A DNA stretch of 64,000 bases from Oculina patagonica (taxonomy: Eukaryota): the NCBI RefSeq assembly GCF_052425735.1, contig NC_135770.1:21328001-21392000 (forward strand), given 5' to 3'. The notes beneath the pieces are model-generated. The model was not told the DNA's origin. It searched no databases and worked only from the letters and a program-made list of their open reading frames with translations. This document shows, in pieces, positions 35,245 through 47,692 of the stretch (within the stretch, counting starts at the first letter, position 1; every line of letters starts with the position of its first letter). The position numbers and the translations under genes are program-made.

Positions 35245-35625
35245 GTTTGAACCCTGGAGTATCAGTAGTTCGTAGAGTGTGATCGTCCGGGTGAGAGTAG
35301 TTCTGAGAAGAACTGTTGTTGGTGACTGACGTTTCGACAACCTGAGCGGAAGTCATCTTCAGAGTCAAGTGAAAAGTTGTTGTCAGTCGATGATGTTATA
35401 AGTCTGGTCCGTTGAAGCTGATTGGTCAGTTAAGCCATGATGTTATTGGCTGTAAGACTCGTGTAAAGTTTGTCATCAGTAATTGGTCAGTTTCGATCCG
35501 TCTATTGTTAGTCTAATTAAGTCGTTCTGTTCCGTCTATTGTTAGTCAAATTAAGTCGTTCTGTTGGCGGTTCGTTTGTCGCTTCTGTTTACGTCGTGAA
35601 TAAGTCGTTTGTAAGGTGCCGGTAG
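35245..35625 (-). mobile_element. Penelope-like pseudo-LTR remnant inserted in the tandem array
   Basis: Interrupts the array monomer and carries a hammerhead motif plus a short internal duplication (tccgtctattgttagtc...aattaagtcgttctgtt). Confidence 0.7.
35323..35367 (-). ncRNA. Minimal type I hammerhead ribozyme motif (Penelope-associated)
   Basis: Minus strand reads tgact-CTGAAGA-tgacttccgctcaggttgtc-GAAAC-GTC-agtca: stem I tgact/agtca, both core boxes, palindromic ACGT stem III, GUC cleavage triplet. Confidence 0.75.
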
Positions 35626-38600
35626 TTGGTCTTTACTTAAAAAATTCAGTGTGAAGTATTTTGTAGCGTTTGAATAGAAGAAAATACTATAATTTCACGC
35701 TTTAAAAAAATACGCTTTAGCGGGCAAGAATTTACATTTATTTACATTACATTTGTGTCCTGGAATGTGCCGGCGTTGAATGCTGATTTAGCTTTTTTTT
35801 TTTGTTTCACGGATCAGGATCGTGGGAATTAAATTTGGCCACCATTAGCATATAAGAAAAATATTTAATTTCGGATGGAACTAGTCAGCCATGAAATGTC
35901 ACGCAAGGTGTTTTCTTACCATCTTGTTTGTCGGTCGCAACATTGTTTGACGCAGGTAAAGGGGATAAGGGGGGGGGGGGGTGCATTTTTTTGTTCCCCT
36001 CCCCATATGGCTCCCCTAAAGTGCACAAGAGACAAGCGCAGTTGTAAGCTCTAAGAGCTCTTGTTTTTAACTGCGCTGCGCAGTTCTTGCTCTGCACGGT
36101 TTTTTTTTTTTTGTCGGTGAGTAGACTGATGCCCCCGCTCGGCCAAAGCTCGAGTCACGCAACGTCTCGAAGCTATAAATCAGTTACCTTTGGAAACTTT
36201 ACGAAAAAATGTCCTTTATTAGCATGATTAATGTAAAATGTTCGATTTTAAAGTTTTTGACTTAAAGAAAATACTAAATTGTCGTGCTATTGAAGAATAT
36301 ATATTTTAGCGGACTTGATACTGTGCGTAAATACCATTTACGTTCGTGTCAAAGAATGTGCTGACATGACAACTTTCACTTTCACAAGGCATTGATTGTG
36401 ATCGGCCAGTCACGCAATGTTTTAAAGCTGTTATTCAGCTACTTATGAAAAATTTAAGAATCTTTGGTCTTCATTTGGAGGTTTAGTGTGAAATATTCTA
36501 TTTTTAAGCGAAATGTATTTTTCTTTTTTCACTCTGCTAAAAACAGCTCAAGTGTTCTTCTCAAATTTGATTTAAATCTTTGCTTCAATATTCCATTCAA
36601 AAAACGATTGTTTAGTGTTTAAGCATTAATTCGATACAACACTGGATACCGATTTAATAGATCGTCTGGCTTCACGGATTAGGATCGTGGGAATTTGGCC
36701 ACCACTAGCATACAAGAAAAATGTTTAATTTCGGATGGAACTAGTCAACCATGAAATGTCACGCAAGGTGTTTTCTTACCATCTTGTTTGTCAGTCGCAA
36801 CATTGTTCGACGCAGGTAAAGGGGATAAGGGGAGGGGGGTGCATTTTTTGTTCCCCCCACATGGCTCACCTAAAGTGCTCACGAGACCAGCGCAGTTGTA
36901 AGCTCTAAGAGCTCTTGTTCGTTTTGTCGGTGACCTGTCCCAAACCTCCACTCGGTTATGCTGCAGGTCACGCAATGTTAAGATGCTACAAATTAGTAAC
37001 AAATGGAAAAACTGTTCTTATATTTTGTCTTTACAAAGAATGTTTAGTGTGAAATATTCGATTTTGAAGCGTTTGACTCATGGAAAATACCAAGTTTCCA
37101 CGCTTTCAAAGAGAAATATAATTCAGCGGGCCAGAATCTGTGAATAAATACCATTACGTTGGCGTAAAAGAATGTGCTGACATGACAAGTTTCAGTTTCG
37201 ATCGGCTAGACCTCGAGCCGCGTAATGTTTTTAAGGTATTATCGGCTACTTTTAAAATCTTTGCGAATCCTTTGGTCTTTACTAAACAAATTTATTGCGA
37301 AGTATTTTTCTTTTAAGGGTAATCTATTTTTTTTTTTGCCTGTGTCATTGAAAGGATTTTAACGATATGAAGAAAAATTCCCTTCACAAACATGCCCTGA
37401 CTTATACCGCTTACGTCATTCGGTATGCTAGGGAAATACCCTCTGTGCTAAAAACAGCTTCAGAGTCCGCGCGTGGGAATTCGGCCAGAATTTGCATAGA
37501 AGAGAATTAATTAATCGCGGCTGGAACAAGTCAACCATGAAATGTCACACAAAGTTTGTCAGTCGCTGCATTTTTACAACCGCCTATTGTAATACGAAAA
37601 CTGAAAGAGGGGCAAAATTTTGAACTGTTAAAGATGTTCAAAAATAATACGAATAGTATAGAAACTGCGAAACACTGTCATTGGGCCAGTTTTCAGTTTT
37701 ATGCAAATGGGGAATACTGTCGAAATTCTCACGGTTACTTACGCTCCTGGCGTGAAGGCAGACGTACTTATCAATTGTAAAGTTCATCCTCGGAGACCCA
37801 GGGGGAGTTGTTGTAAACTTTCGCCCGAAAAATCCCGTCGTCCCGATAAGCGATTTTTTGGTTTCACGGATCAGGATCGTGGGAATTAAATTTGGCCAGC
37901 ATTAGCATATAAGAAAACTATTTAATTGCGGATGGAACTAGTCAACCATGAAATGTCACACAAGGTGTTTTCTTACCATTTTGCTTGTCAGTCGCAACAT
38001 TGTTTGACGCAGATAAAGGGGATAAGAGGGGGTGGGGGTGCATTTTTTATTCTCCCCGCATGGCTACCCCTAGGGTGGTCACGTGACCAGCGCAGTTTTA
38101 AGCTCTAAGAGCTTCTTGTTTTTTTTCGTTTTGTCGGTGACCAGACCCAGACCTCCACTCGGTCGAGCTTGAAATCACGCGATGTTTAGAAGCTACAAAT
38201 CAGTAACAAATGGAAAAATTTTCTCTTTTTTGTCTTTATAAAGTATGCTTAGTGTGAACTATTCGATTTTGAAGCGTTTGGTTCATGGAAAATACTAAAT
38301 TTCCACGCTTTCAAAGAAAAATATAATTTAGCGGGCCAGAATCTATGAATAAATACCATTACGATGGTGGAAAAGAATGTGCTGACATGACAAGTTTCAC
38401 TTTCGATCGGCTAGACCTCGAGTCACGTAATTTTTCAAAGCTATCCAGCCACCTTTTGAAATCTTTGCGAATCCTTTGGTCTTTACTTAAAAAATTCAGT
38501 GTGAAGTATTTTGAAGCGTTTGAATCAAAGAAAATACTAAAATTTGATGCTTTAAAAGAAGAATTCGCTTTAGTGGGCAAGAATTTACATTTACGTATTT

Positions 38601-39467
38601 ACATTACGTCTGTATCCTGGAATGTGCTGGCGTTAGCAAATTTCTACTTTCACAAGGCACCGATCCGCAAGAATCACGCAATGCTCTGAAAGCTTAACTG
38701 CTACAAAGCATGTTAAGTGTAAAATGTTCGACTTTTTAGCTTTACAAATTTTTGGAGCTGTGTCATCTAGAGGATTTCTGAAATCTGAAGGAAGACCACT
38801 GAGCCAAACATGCCCTGACTTGCAAGGGTTACGTCATTGGTAAATTAATTCCCCGGGGAATTCCCATTCAGCAAAACACAGGTCTAGTGTTCTTCTCAAA
38901 TTTGATTTAATTATTTGCTCCAATATTCCATTTTCGGAGCTGGTTATTGAATCTTTAAACGGTAATTCAAGACAACACTGGATGCTGATTTAAAAGATTT
39001 TTTTGTTTCACGGATCAGGATCGTGGGAATTAAATTTGGCCACCATTAGCATATAAGAACAATGTTTAATTTCGGATGGAACTAGTCAACCATGAAATGT
39101 CACGCAAGGTGTTTTCTTACCATCTTGTTTGTCAGTCGCAACATTGTTCGACGCAGGTAAAGGGGATAAGGGGAGGGGGGTGCATTTTTTGTTCCCCCCA
39201 CATGGCTCCCCTAAAGTGCTCACGAGACCAGCGCAGTTGTAAGCTCTAAGAGCTCTTGTTCGTGTTTAATTCTGTTTTTGTCTCTCTTTTAATGCCATTG
39301 TTCACTTAGAGTAATTACAAATGAACCATAATATTTTGCTTAAATTTTTTTTACCCTGCATAGCTGGCGCCTGTTTAGTTTTTGGGCGCACATCTGGGAA
39401 ACGCGGAAGGTGTGAGAAATGCACGCCCAAAAGTCACGGAGGCTAACAATTTTTCATCGTGTTTATT

Positions 39468-42400
39468 TTAACGTATCTTAATTTCACTAAAAACAATGGC
39501 ATCACTTGAGATGTACGGCCATGACTCCCACTTGGGCCCCGTCTGGCGGTTTAAATTTCCACACTGCCCGCAAGTTTTGTACCACCAGCCCGCATTATTA
39601 TCCACTGCACAGTTCTTACTAGGTTCTGCGTCGTTATCCGAGTCTTTCGTCGTGAAAAACTGCCATGACGAGTCACTACCGCAATCAGGGATGTTGCCAG
39701 AATAACCCAGTATTTTCATACGGTACTTGTGGTTTGGCCCGTCCACCGTGACTTGGGAGTACTTTGCGAATCCAGCCTTGTTTTCACGCGTTTTGAGTTC
39801 AATCCTGAGGGTACGAGCCGTTTTCATGAGTTCGTGAATGATTTTATTTCCGAGCCAAAACTCGCCTTGAGGATTTTTAAAGCCGTTTTCATACTCGACC
39901 CAATCCCTGTCGAACGACAGCGTGAAAGGACTGGTGCGCCTCTGAATGATTGTCCAGCCCCCTTCGTCCGTTTGTTGATCACAGAGCACTTGGACCGAGC
40001 CAATGTTGGTCAGATGGATTTGGTGCAGACTGACTGAGTTTTCGCCTGCCAGTTTTAGGACGAGGCAACTTTCAGCTAAATGAGGAGAGAAATAAGTCAA
40101 GGCAGCTTTTTGGGGCTGCGTTTGCTAACTTAGGGCGGTTGAAAGTAGTCCTCACTTACGCTACTGCTTTCTGTGATTGGTTCAAAACATTTGCATCACT
40201 TTTCAGCCAATCAGAAGTAATACAAAAACAATCGAGTTATATATTCACACGACTCTCCGCGCTTCGTGTGGACTACATATATTTGCTGCGAGTCTGACCA
40301 AGAGCTCGAGATTATTTTATTATTATTTTATCTTCTCTTAAAGCCCATTCAAAACGTCTAACGAAATATTGTTTAAGTTCAGGGTTTACAACCGGCATTC
40401 TATAGTATTTAATTGAGCTACTTGCTTCTCCAATCCCACTGGATCAGACTTATGCACATGGCGTCTCACCGTTTTCGCAGATTTTGCCATGAAATCCGTC
40501 TCGGCAGCTACAGTTGTAACCGTCAGTAGTGTTTGCACATGTGGCGTCATTTTTGCAAGGATTGTCGGCACAGGAAGCTGGAACTAAAAGGCAAAATACC
40601 GGCAGTCAGTAAAAGCACGAAAGTTACTATTAATGAGAGATACACTTTTTTCGGATTTCGAGCTTGTCAAATGCTTTGGTAATGCGGTGATGTAATCCGG
40701 GGGTAGTGGGTTTGAATCAAACTGAGGTCAATATTTTTTCTCTTGTAATCACCAACTTCTTTTCTTAGCGCTAACCCTTAAAAGTAAGTTTTTTTGCGAT
40801 AGTTTTTTTAGCACTTCAGTAAGTCAGACAGTTAGAGAGGCAGACAGACAGAATGACAGACAGACAGACAGATTGATTGATTGATTGATGGACAAAACGT
40901 CTTTACATGAAAGCCGTAACAGACAGACAGACAGTCAGTCAGTCAGTCAGTCAGTATATTCAAATAGAAACAAACGTTACATGTTCGCTGGACTGCTTCG
41001 AGTCCTAATTTCTAACCATTTGAAACTGTTGCATTTGAAAGTTCGTTTTCGCAGTGTGCGCCGGTATACCCTTTAGCACAGATACATTTGGGTGGACTGT
41101 CACATTGCTCCAGACACTTGCCAGCATTATAACAAGGGCCTGAACCGCACTGACGAGGCTGCTGAGAAAAAAGTTAAATGAAATTCAGTTACAGATCTGG
41201 TCCTTTTAATCTTTAACGTTGTTTTACTATCGTTATATAGTATCAAAATCGATGTTAAGCCGGAATGCGGACGACTAAACTAAACCTGTATATTAAACAA
41301 AAATCTTCAAACATTTGCAGGTTTAAAGCTACACTGCTCTCTCTCCCTACACTGCTCTCTCTTTTTCCCCTACGAGCTGGGAAATGGGGAGAGGTAAAAG
41401 GTAGGAACGTGGAGCCTGGGGATAGAAAAGCGAAAGCGCGCGGGGGACACTGGAAAGGAAGAAGAAAGGCCTTGCTTCCGCCTTTTCGCCCTTCCCGTCG
41501 TCCCCCGTGCTCCCCCATATTTGTACTTTTTCGCCTTTTCCCCTCCTCTGAAGGACCATCTACGGAGGAGAGAGAGCCTACACTGTATAACCTTGGTTTT
41601 TAAATTTGCATGCTTTTATTTATAGGTGGTTTTCACTGTCATGCCGCGAAAAATAAATCCAAAACTATCAAGAATATTACAGGTTGTAGAAAACTGCAAT
41701 ATAAACTCCTTGTCCAAGTCTCAGGTCTGTGCGTTATTCCGTTCTCTAGAAATCCGTCAAAATGTTTTACGCAAATTTAGAGAGCACAGTATGGAAACGC
41801 CATGTTGGTCCAACTGCTCTGACTCCAACATGGCTACCGGAAATCAATGAAAACATCTGCCAATAAATTCGGCTTCAAAAAGCGGTCAGATCACCCTTAT
41901 GAACAACTAAACATTCACATAAACACTTCCCTCAACTGTCCAGATTGTGAAAAATTGCAGGATGAAGCATTTTTTTTAAAGAAAACGTGATAGCCTTCTG
42001 GCGGCCATCTTTGATCTCGTGTGGCGTGAAACTGCGAAATTCAAAAATCTCTATCTTAAAGACGGCGAATGCTATCGAGCTAAAAACCTCCAACAAGATA
42101 TACATTAATGACGTCTAATATCCAGTGAAGGATAAAACTAAGGGGTCTTGCGATTTTTGGGGTTTAGAGTTTTGATGACGTCATGTGAAAACCAAGAATA
42201 ACACCTCGCCCCCTGACTTACCTCTAACTCGAAGTAGCTGAACCCATTCATGCCAATGAAGTTCTCAAAGCTCGTTTCTTTTGTTTCATCGCTAATCTCG
42301 CACACATGTGGTAGCGATGTACTGTGATCTTCGTAGTTGAAGGAGAAGCACCTGAACTCGCGCATGCACTGGTGAGCACAATCAATCGTCGAGGTGACCT

Positions 42401-44009
42401 GGTGCTCAGCGATCACGTGATTTATCAGTACAGCGTCTGTTAATTAAGACAAAGAAAAACATAATTTTTTTACTGGTTACCCCTATATATGTGCTGCTGC
42501 AGATTATGATAGGTTTGGTAAAAGCTTATTAAACGGTACGACTGTGTCTTAGCTGTTCCCTTATAAGTTAGGTGTTTCGAATATAGTTGAGTTACCAGAT
42601 ATTTGTGTAAAACAAGCAATCTCCACCTTTTTGAGCAATAATTTGGGCGTGTTTAATCTTAGGCGTGTTTAATTTTCACTATGCAAAATTATAGAAATTA
42701 AAACACACGCTAAAAATATAACATTAATCTCGTCTTTTAAGGACTAATAAATATAAATGACAATTTTTTTGCTTTAGCATAATAGTGCCAAGAGGGAGAA
42801 GGTTTAATTAAATTCAACAATGGAGCTTGTTAGTATTGAAGCAAAACACTTCATTGCATCGTTATAAAAAAAAAATTGTTGAAAAAGGCGGATCATTGTG
42901 TACCATAAGAGTTTGTCTGGATTTAGAATTGATATGAAAATATCTTCTTTTTCCAATAAAAAGCTACAATAAAGCTTGAAACACAACCTGGTGTCCTTTT
43001 TCTGTCTTTGAGAGGCAAGCTTGTCTCTCCCAGTTTAGTATGCAAGTGAAATGATTTCAACTCAGTTTCTATTCCACACAAACTCTTATAGTATGTTCAA
43101 TTTCAAATCCATACAAGCTCTCATAGTATGTCCAATTTCAAATCCATACTGACAAACTCTAATAGTACGCTCGAATTCAAATCCATGCAAATTCTCATAG
43201 CACGCCCAATTTCAAATCCATACAAGCTCTCATAGTACGCCCAATTTCAAATCCATACAAACTCTCATATTACGCCCAATTTCAAATCCATACAAGCTCT
43301 CATAGTACGCCCAATTTCAAATCCATACAAACTCTCATATTACGCCCAATTTCAAATCCATACAAGCTCTCATAGTACGCCCAATTTTAAATCCATACAA
43401 ACTCTCATAGTACGCCCAATTTCAAATCCATACAAACTCTCATAGTACGCTCTAATTTAAATCCACACAAACTCTCATAGTACGCTCAATTTCAAATCCA
43501 TACAAACTCTCATAGTACGCTCTAATTTAAATCCACACAAACTCTCATAGTACACTCAATTTCAAATCCATACAAACTCTCATAGTACGCTCAATTTCAA
43601 ATCCATACAAACTCTTATAGTACGCCCAATTTCAAATCCATACAAACTCTCATAGTACGCTCAATTTCAAATCCATACAAACTCTCATAGTACGCTCAAT
43701 TTCAAATCCATACAAACTCTCATAGTACACTCAATTTCAAATCCATACAAACTCTCATAGTACGCTCAATTTCAAATCCATACAAACTCTCATAGTACGC
43801 TCAATTTCAAACACACGCAAACTCTTATAGTACGCTATGGTCACCGGGGATGTTGCACTGTGTAATAGTAGAATACATACATTTATTCACTAACCTGGAG
43901 CTTTCTTAACGAAAAAGCGCTTGCGAATACAAATGTCTTCGCTTCTTGCTCGACCACACCTTTCAGTGAAAACAACAACGACTGCAAGCACCACTATGAA
44001 ACCTTTCAT
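39468..44009 (-). CDS. Secreted fibrinogen-related (FReD) protein: signal peptide - PAN/Apple - EGF - EGF - fibrinogen C-terminal domain, ~398 aa
   Basis: Five exons with consistent phases: 44009-43895 (MKGFIVVLAVVVVF...), 42436-42222 (PAN: CAHQCMREFRCFSFNY...CEI), 41161-41017 (EGF: CGSGPCYNAGKC...CICAKGYTGAHC), 40583-40470 (EGF: CADNPCKNDATC...CSCRDGFHGKIC), 40075-39468 (FBG: GGWTIIQRR, FDRDWVEYENGF, EFWLGN, FTTKDSDND, GWWY). Total 1197 nt. Confidence 0.88.
40820..40955. repeat. (GACA)n/(GATT)n/(GTCA)n microsatellite cluster
   Basis: Directly visible tetranucleotide runs. Confidence 0.8.
41355..41576. mobile_element. Small MITE with 9-bp TSD
   Basis: ctctctc...gagagag ends flanked by cctacactg at 41346-41354 and 41577-41585. 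Confidence 0.6.
43070..43836. repeat. 35-bp minisatellite (~21-22 copies) in intron 1 of the FReD gene
   Basis: Unit ttcaaatccatacaaactctcatagtacgc(c/t)caat, head-to-tail with no spacers. Confidence 0.95.
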
Positions 44010-45497
44010 CTCACATACACCAGAGTCAAGTCGCGTAGATATATGTCGGTCCTTGACAATGGCGCTTGAAGAAATGATGACAAACAGAACTGACAAGGCA
44101 ATAAAATCAACAGACAAAACCAGGCGGCATGACCGTCAGCGAGTAATATGTATTTTAAGCCAATAATTTTATTTCAAAGTGTTATTTATGTTTAATTTGC
44201 CGGAAGAGTTTGAGCGAATTAATAAAGCTCGCATATTTGGAGGGGAAGCCTATTACAGTGTTTCAAGCAAATCGTGCGAGCGCACCTCGAGGAAAAACCA
44301 AATTAAAGGAGTCGATAAGTAAAAAGTAAGAAAAAAATAACTTGTCTTTTTTTCATTGATATTTAGCTATAAATGAACTCCTGACCTGGGCAGCTGTGTT
44401 ATCCATGGATAAAGAATTGAAGTCTTTTTAATATAAATATCCGACTGACAATAAAATATATTTCAAATCACACCTGCTGGACGCCAGTTGTAACGCTAAA
44501 CACAGATGCGCCATTCACTTATTGCCGACCTATTAGTGATGTCAAGGCGACAATATATTGCTAGTTCACTGCACGTAGTAAGACAATGACACCAAGGCGG
44601 TATTAGTCAGTCATTCATGAATCGCTTTGCATAAAGTTTCGATTCTTTTTTCAGTGTGTATGTGTGTGTGCGGCATAATGAGAAAATGAACCTAAATTTT
44701 ATTCAGTTTTCAACCTTGGAAATTTCCGGCAATTGTTAGCGTTGAAGTATCAACAAACAAGAAGAGCAAAGTTTTACTTTATATTTTAATTATTTTCCTA
44801 AAGATTTTTTTTTCTGTCGAGTTCAGCTTAACCAATACTAAAACGGAACTGCAATGAGAAGAGGGTCAACTGAATGTTAATTTCACGATGTCGTTCATCA
44901 CCGTTTTGTCCGTTCATCAATAGTCGCGATGCGGTCTGGTAAAGACATTTTAAGCCATTTAAATTGAATTTTTGTTCAAGTTTTTATTTTAATTATTTTT
45001 GTTAATTTTTGATTGTTTTTTTTTTTATTTTGACCTACACCGTCTAAACCCAAAATTGCAACAAAGCAAAATGAAAAGATCTCGTTAACACTTTAACAGA
45101 AACAATAAAAAATTTCGATTAACGAACTGGAGAGTCTTTTCCCCCTCGTTTCAAAAGCTAAATGACTGAAGTGTAAATACTGCTAAATACGCTAAGATTA
45201 GTATAAATATCCAAAAAGAATAAAGTGGATGTAATACTAACGAACTCATTATTCTAATTGCACGGGCATATTAGTAGAAATTAATTGTGGCTCCCCCAGG
45301 AATAAATTACTGTTAATGATTTTTTGCTCTCTTCGCCATACAGAGAGCACAGTTTATACAGGCAGTCAACAACTTATGATGTACTACATTCGTCATATTA
45401 AATATGTTAAAGAGAAAATATGAAAAAGATCTTTCAATACTCCGGTAGGGGGTGGGTTGCGGTGGGGGATGTACTAGGGGTGTGCGGCGCGCTTCTC

Positions 45498-45730
45498 GGA
45501 CTGTTCACAGGTCCCTATTTTCCCGTGAAGTCGTAGAAATCGATCGTTGAGTTCGACGGGCCACCACCTCGGTTCCTGATTGCGAGCGAAAACTGGGTAG
45601 AGTGTAAAATGCCCGTGGCGAAAATACTTGCACTCTGCCCAGTTTTCGCTCGCGTTCAAGAACCAAGATGACGGCCCGTCAAACTCAACGATCGATCTCT
45701 ACGACTTCACGTGTGACTGTGAATAGTCTA
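45498..45730. mobile_element. Near-palindromic MITE
   Basis: cgtgaagtcgtagaaatcgatcgttgagttcgacgggcc / ggcccgtcaaactcaacgatcgatctctacgacttcacg. Confidence 0.7.
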
Positions 45731-46551
45731 CGCGCTACCCTTTATCAGACTAAAATATGTGATTTTCTCTACCCTATTTGAGAGATGACACAAGAACCGA
45801 TGCCCTATTTCAGACTAGGCACCACATGGGAAATGCGTCAGTGTATGTCAACATTTAACCCTCGGATGTACAAGGTGGGAGGGGGGGGGAGTGATGCCAT
45901 CCCTCCTAGAGGTTTATTTGTAGTTTTGAAAAGAAGATTTACTGTGGTTTTGAAACTTCAGTAGCTGTTCGAATTCATTCATCCCTTGCGAAAATTTTGA
46001 AATGTTAACTATGTGTCCATGATTTTTGATATTGCCATGAAAACGTCATAATAACATGTAGGTATAATTAAATAATTCTTTAATTTTTCCAGTTTTGGTT
46101 CACAAAACAAAGCGATTCAAATATTTTTACATTCTAGTTACATTTTGGCTTAATTGTGTATCAATTTCAATTTAATTATATCAGAGCATGCAAAAAGTAC
46201 TGTTCGCCAATTTGGTAAACAACAATAGAATATGTCTGTCCCTGGTCTGCACTGAATGCTTTCTGTTGTTGCGGGACAAATATTATCACACAAATAACCT
46301 ACAAGTAACATCTTTAATAAAAATGCCTGCATTACAAAGTGGTTTACAGAAGTGTCCTTAATTAAGATAATAAAAAATGCAAATGATCTAAAAAATTATC
46401 ACGAGCTTACTTATATTTGAAATACCAAAAAAGGATGATCCTCTATTGAAAATACTTATTTTTAAACACTGTAGAACGGCTTATTCTAGGGCTGAGGCTG
46501 AGCGTTCTTTTTTATGATTAAGACTGAAAACGTTCTTAAGATGTTCTTTAA

Positions 46552-46889
46552 GAAGCTACGTCACGGGGATTTCGCAGATTTTTGGTCATTAACTTCGATC
46601 GTCTAAAGGAAGAAATAATCTTAATTCGTGGATAGAAATCAAACTTCGGCTATAAATATCGAATATTTGAAGACGCGCTTAAACGACTTGAAAAGTTTAG
46701 CCTCAATTTTTCAAGTTGTAATCCCAGCATTTCCATCCTAGCCATCCGCAGCCGAAGACGCTTGTTAACAGTTTCAGTGCTCTAAGATAGCATTTTTAAT
46801 AAAAATGGACCATTATTTTTAGCTTTCCTATGACACAAATACAAATTTTGGCTGTTCAAAAATCTGGTAAAATCCGTGACAAAGCCCTT
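46552..46889. mobile_element. Kolobok-like MITE (TTAA-flanked)
   Basis: ttaa|gaagctacgtcacggg ... ccgtgacaaagccctt|ttaa. Confidence 0.6.
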
Positions 46890-47692
46890 TTAAGTTTATT
46901 TATTTTTTTTTATTTTTTTATTTCTTATTTCTTTATTGCAAAACACACACAGAACGTTCTTACAAGGTGACATGTTCACTACTAATTACTTACTATACAA
47001 GGCTTTACTAATTACATGTACTTACTATACAAAGCCTTACTTATTACTTACTATACAAAGCTTACTCTACTTACAGTACAATACACTGCTTACACTACCT
47101 ACATGACAATTAAATTGTTTACAACACGCTACTTACAATACAATATTCAATTTTTTAAAGTTTAATATTTATACTTATAACAGCGCAATACAATTTATCT
47201 CTTTTAATACATTTACAAAAAAACTACCAACTACTTTTGGCTTATTAAAGATGAATTATAATGAAAATGGTAACTTATAAAAACTAAATCAAATTGTGCC
47301 ATTTTTTTCTTACCGACATTTTGTTCAAAAATTTTAAGCTGTTTCTGTCAGTCATTGAGAGGGGCTTGAAAGAGCGTTGAAGGAATTACCTGTTCAGAGG
47401 ACCTTAGAGCCTAATATATTGAGTATATTCGGCTAGGGAGGTTGAAGATAAAGAGATTAGTTTTTATTCATTTATTTTATTTCTTCTTTCCAGCAAATCC
47501 CACTTTTTGTTGGTTGTGTCATCTGTTCTTTGTTCAACGACATAAATCGATTTACATGTTATAGTTTTTAATAAATTATTGCGGAAGTAACCAGGAAACT
47601 TATCAAAGAGCATTGTTCGCCGTAATATGGTGTATCAAGTTGATTTTGACATGCTTGCGCGGCCTGCTCTCTGTAATCTGGTGCCGCGGACA

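Larger units (their letters stand above)
34480..39262. repeat. Complex tandem array: ~250-bp diverged monomers organised in ~0.9-1.2-kb higher-order units
   Basis: The conserved block tcacggat(c/t)aggatcgtgggaatt...gcgcagtt(g/t)taagctctaagagct starts at ~35806, 36672, 37865 and 39007. The monomer anchor (g)tcacg recurs about every 240-255 bp (34563/34805, 36153/36408, 36966/37216, 38174/38421/38673). Confidence 0.85.

Noticed and set aside
35885-38689. Protein-coding repeat ORFs within the tandem array
   Set aside because: Frames are not preserved between copies (indels in G tracts, stops) and no domain is recognisable.
40660-40735. tRNA gene
   Set aside because: Only a degenerate B-box-like gggtttgaatc is present and no cloverleaf can be built; at most a SINE relic.
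43070-43836. CRISPR-like array (35-bp repeats)
   Set aside because: Units are head-to-tail with no unique spacers, no cas genes are present, and it lies in a eukaryotic intron; it is a minisatellite.
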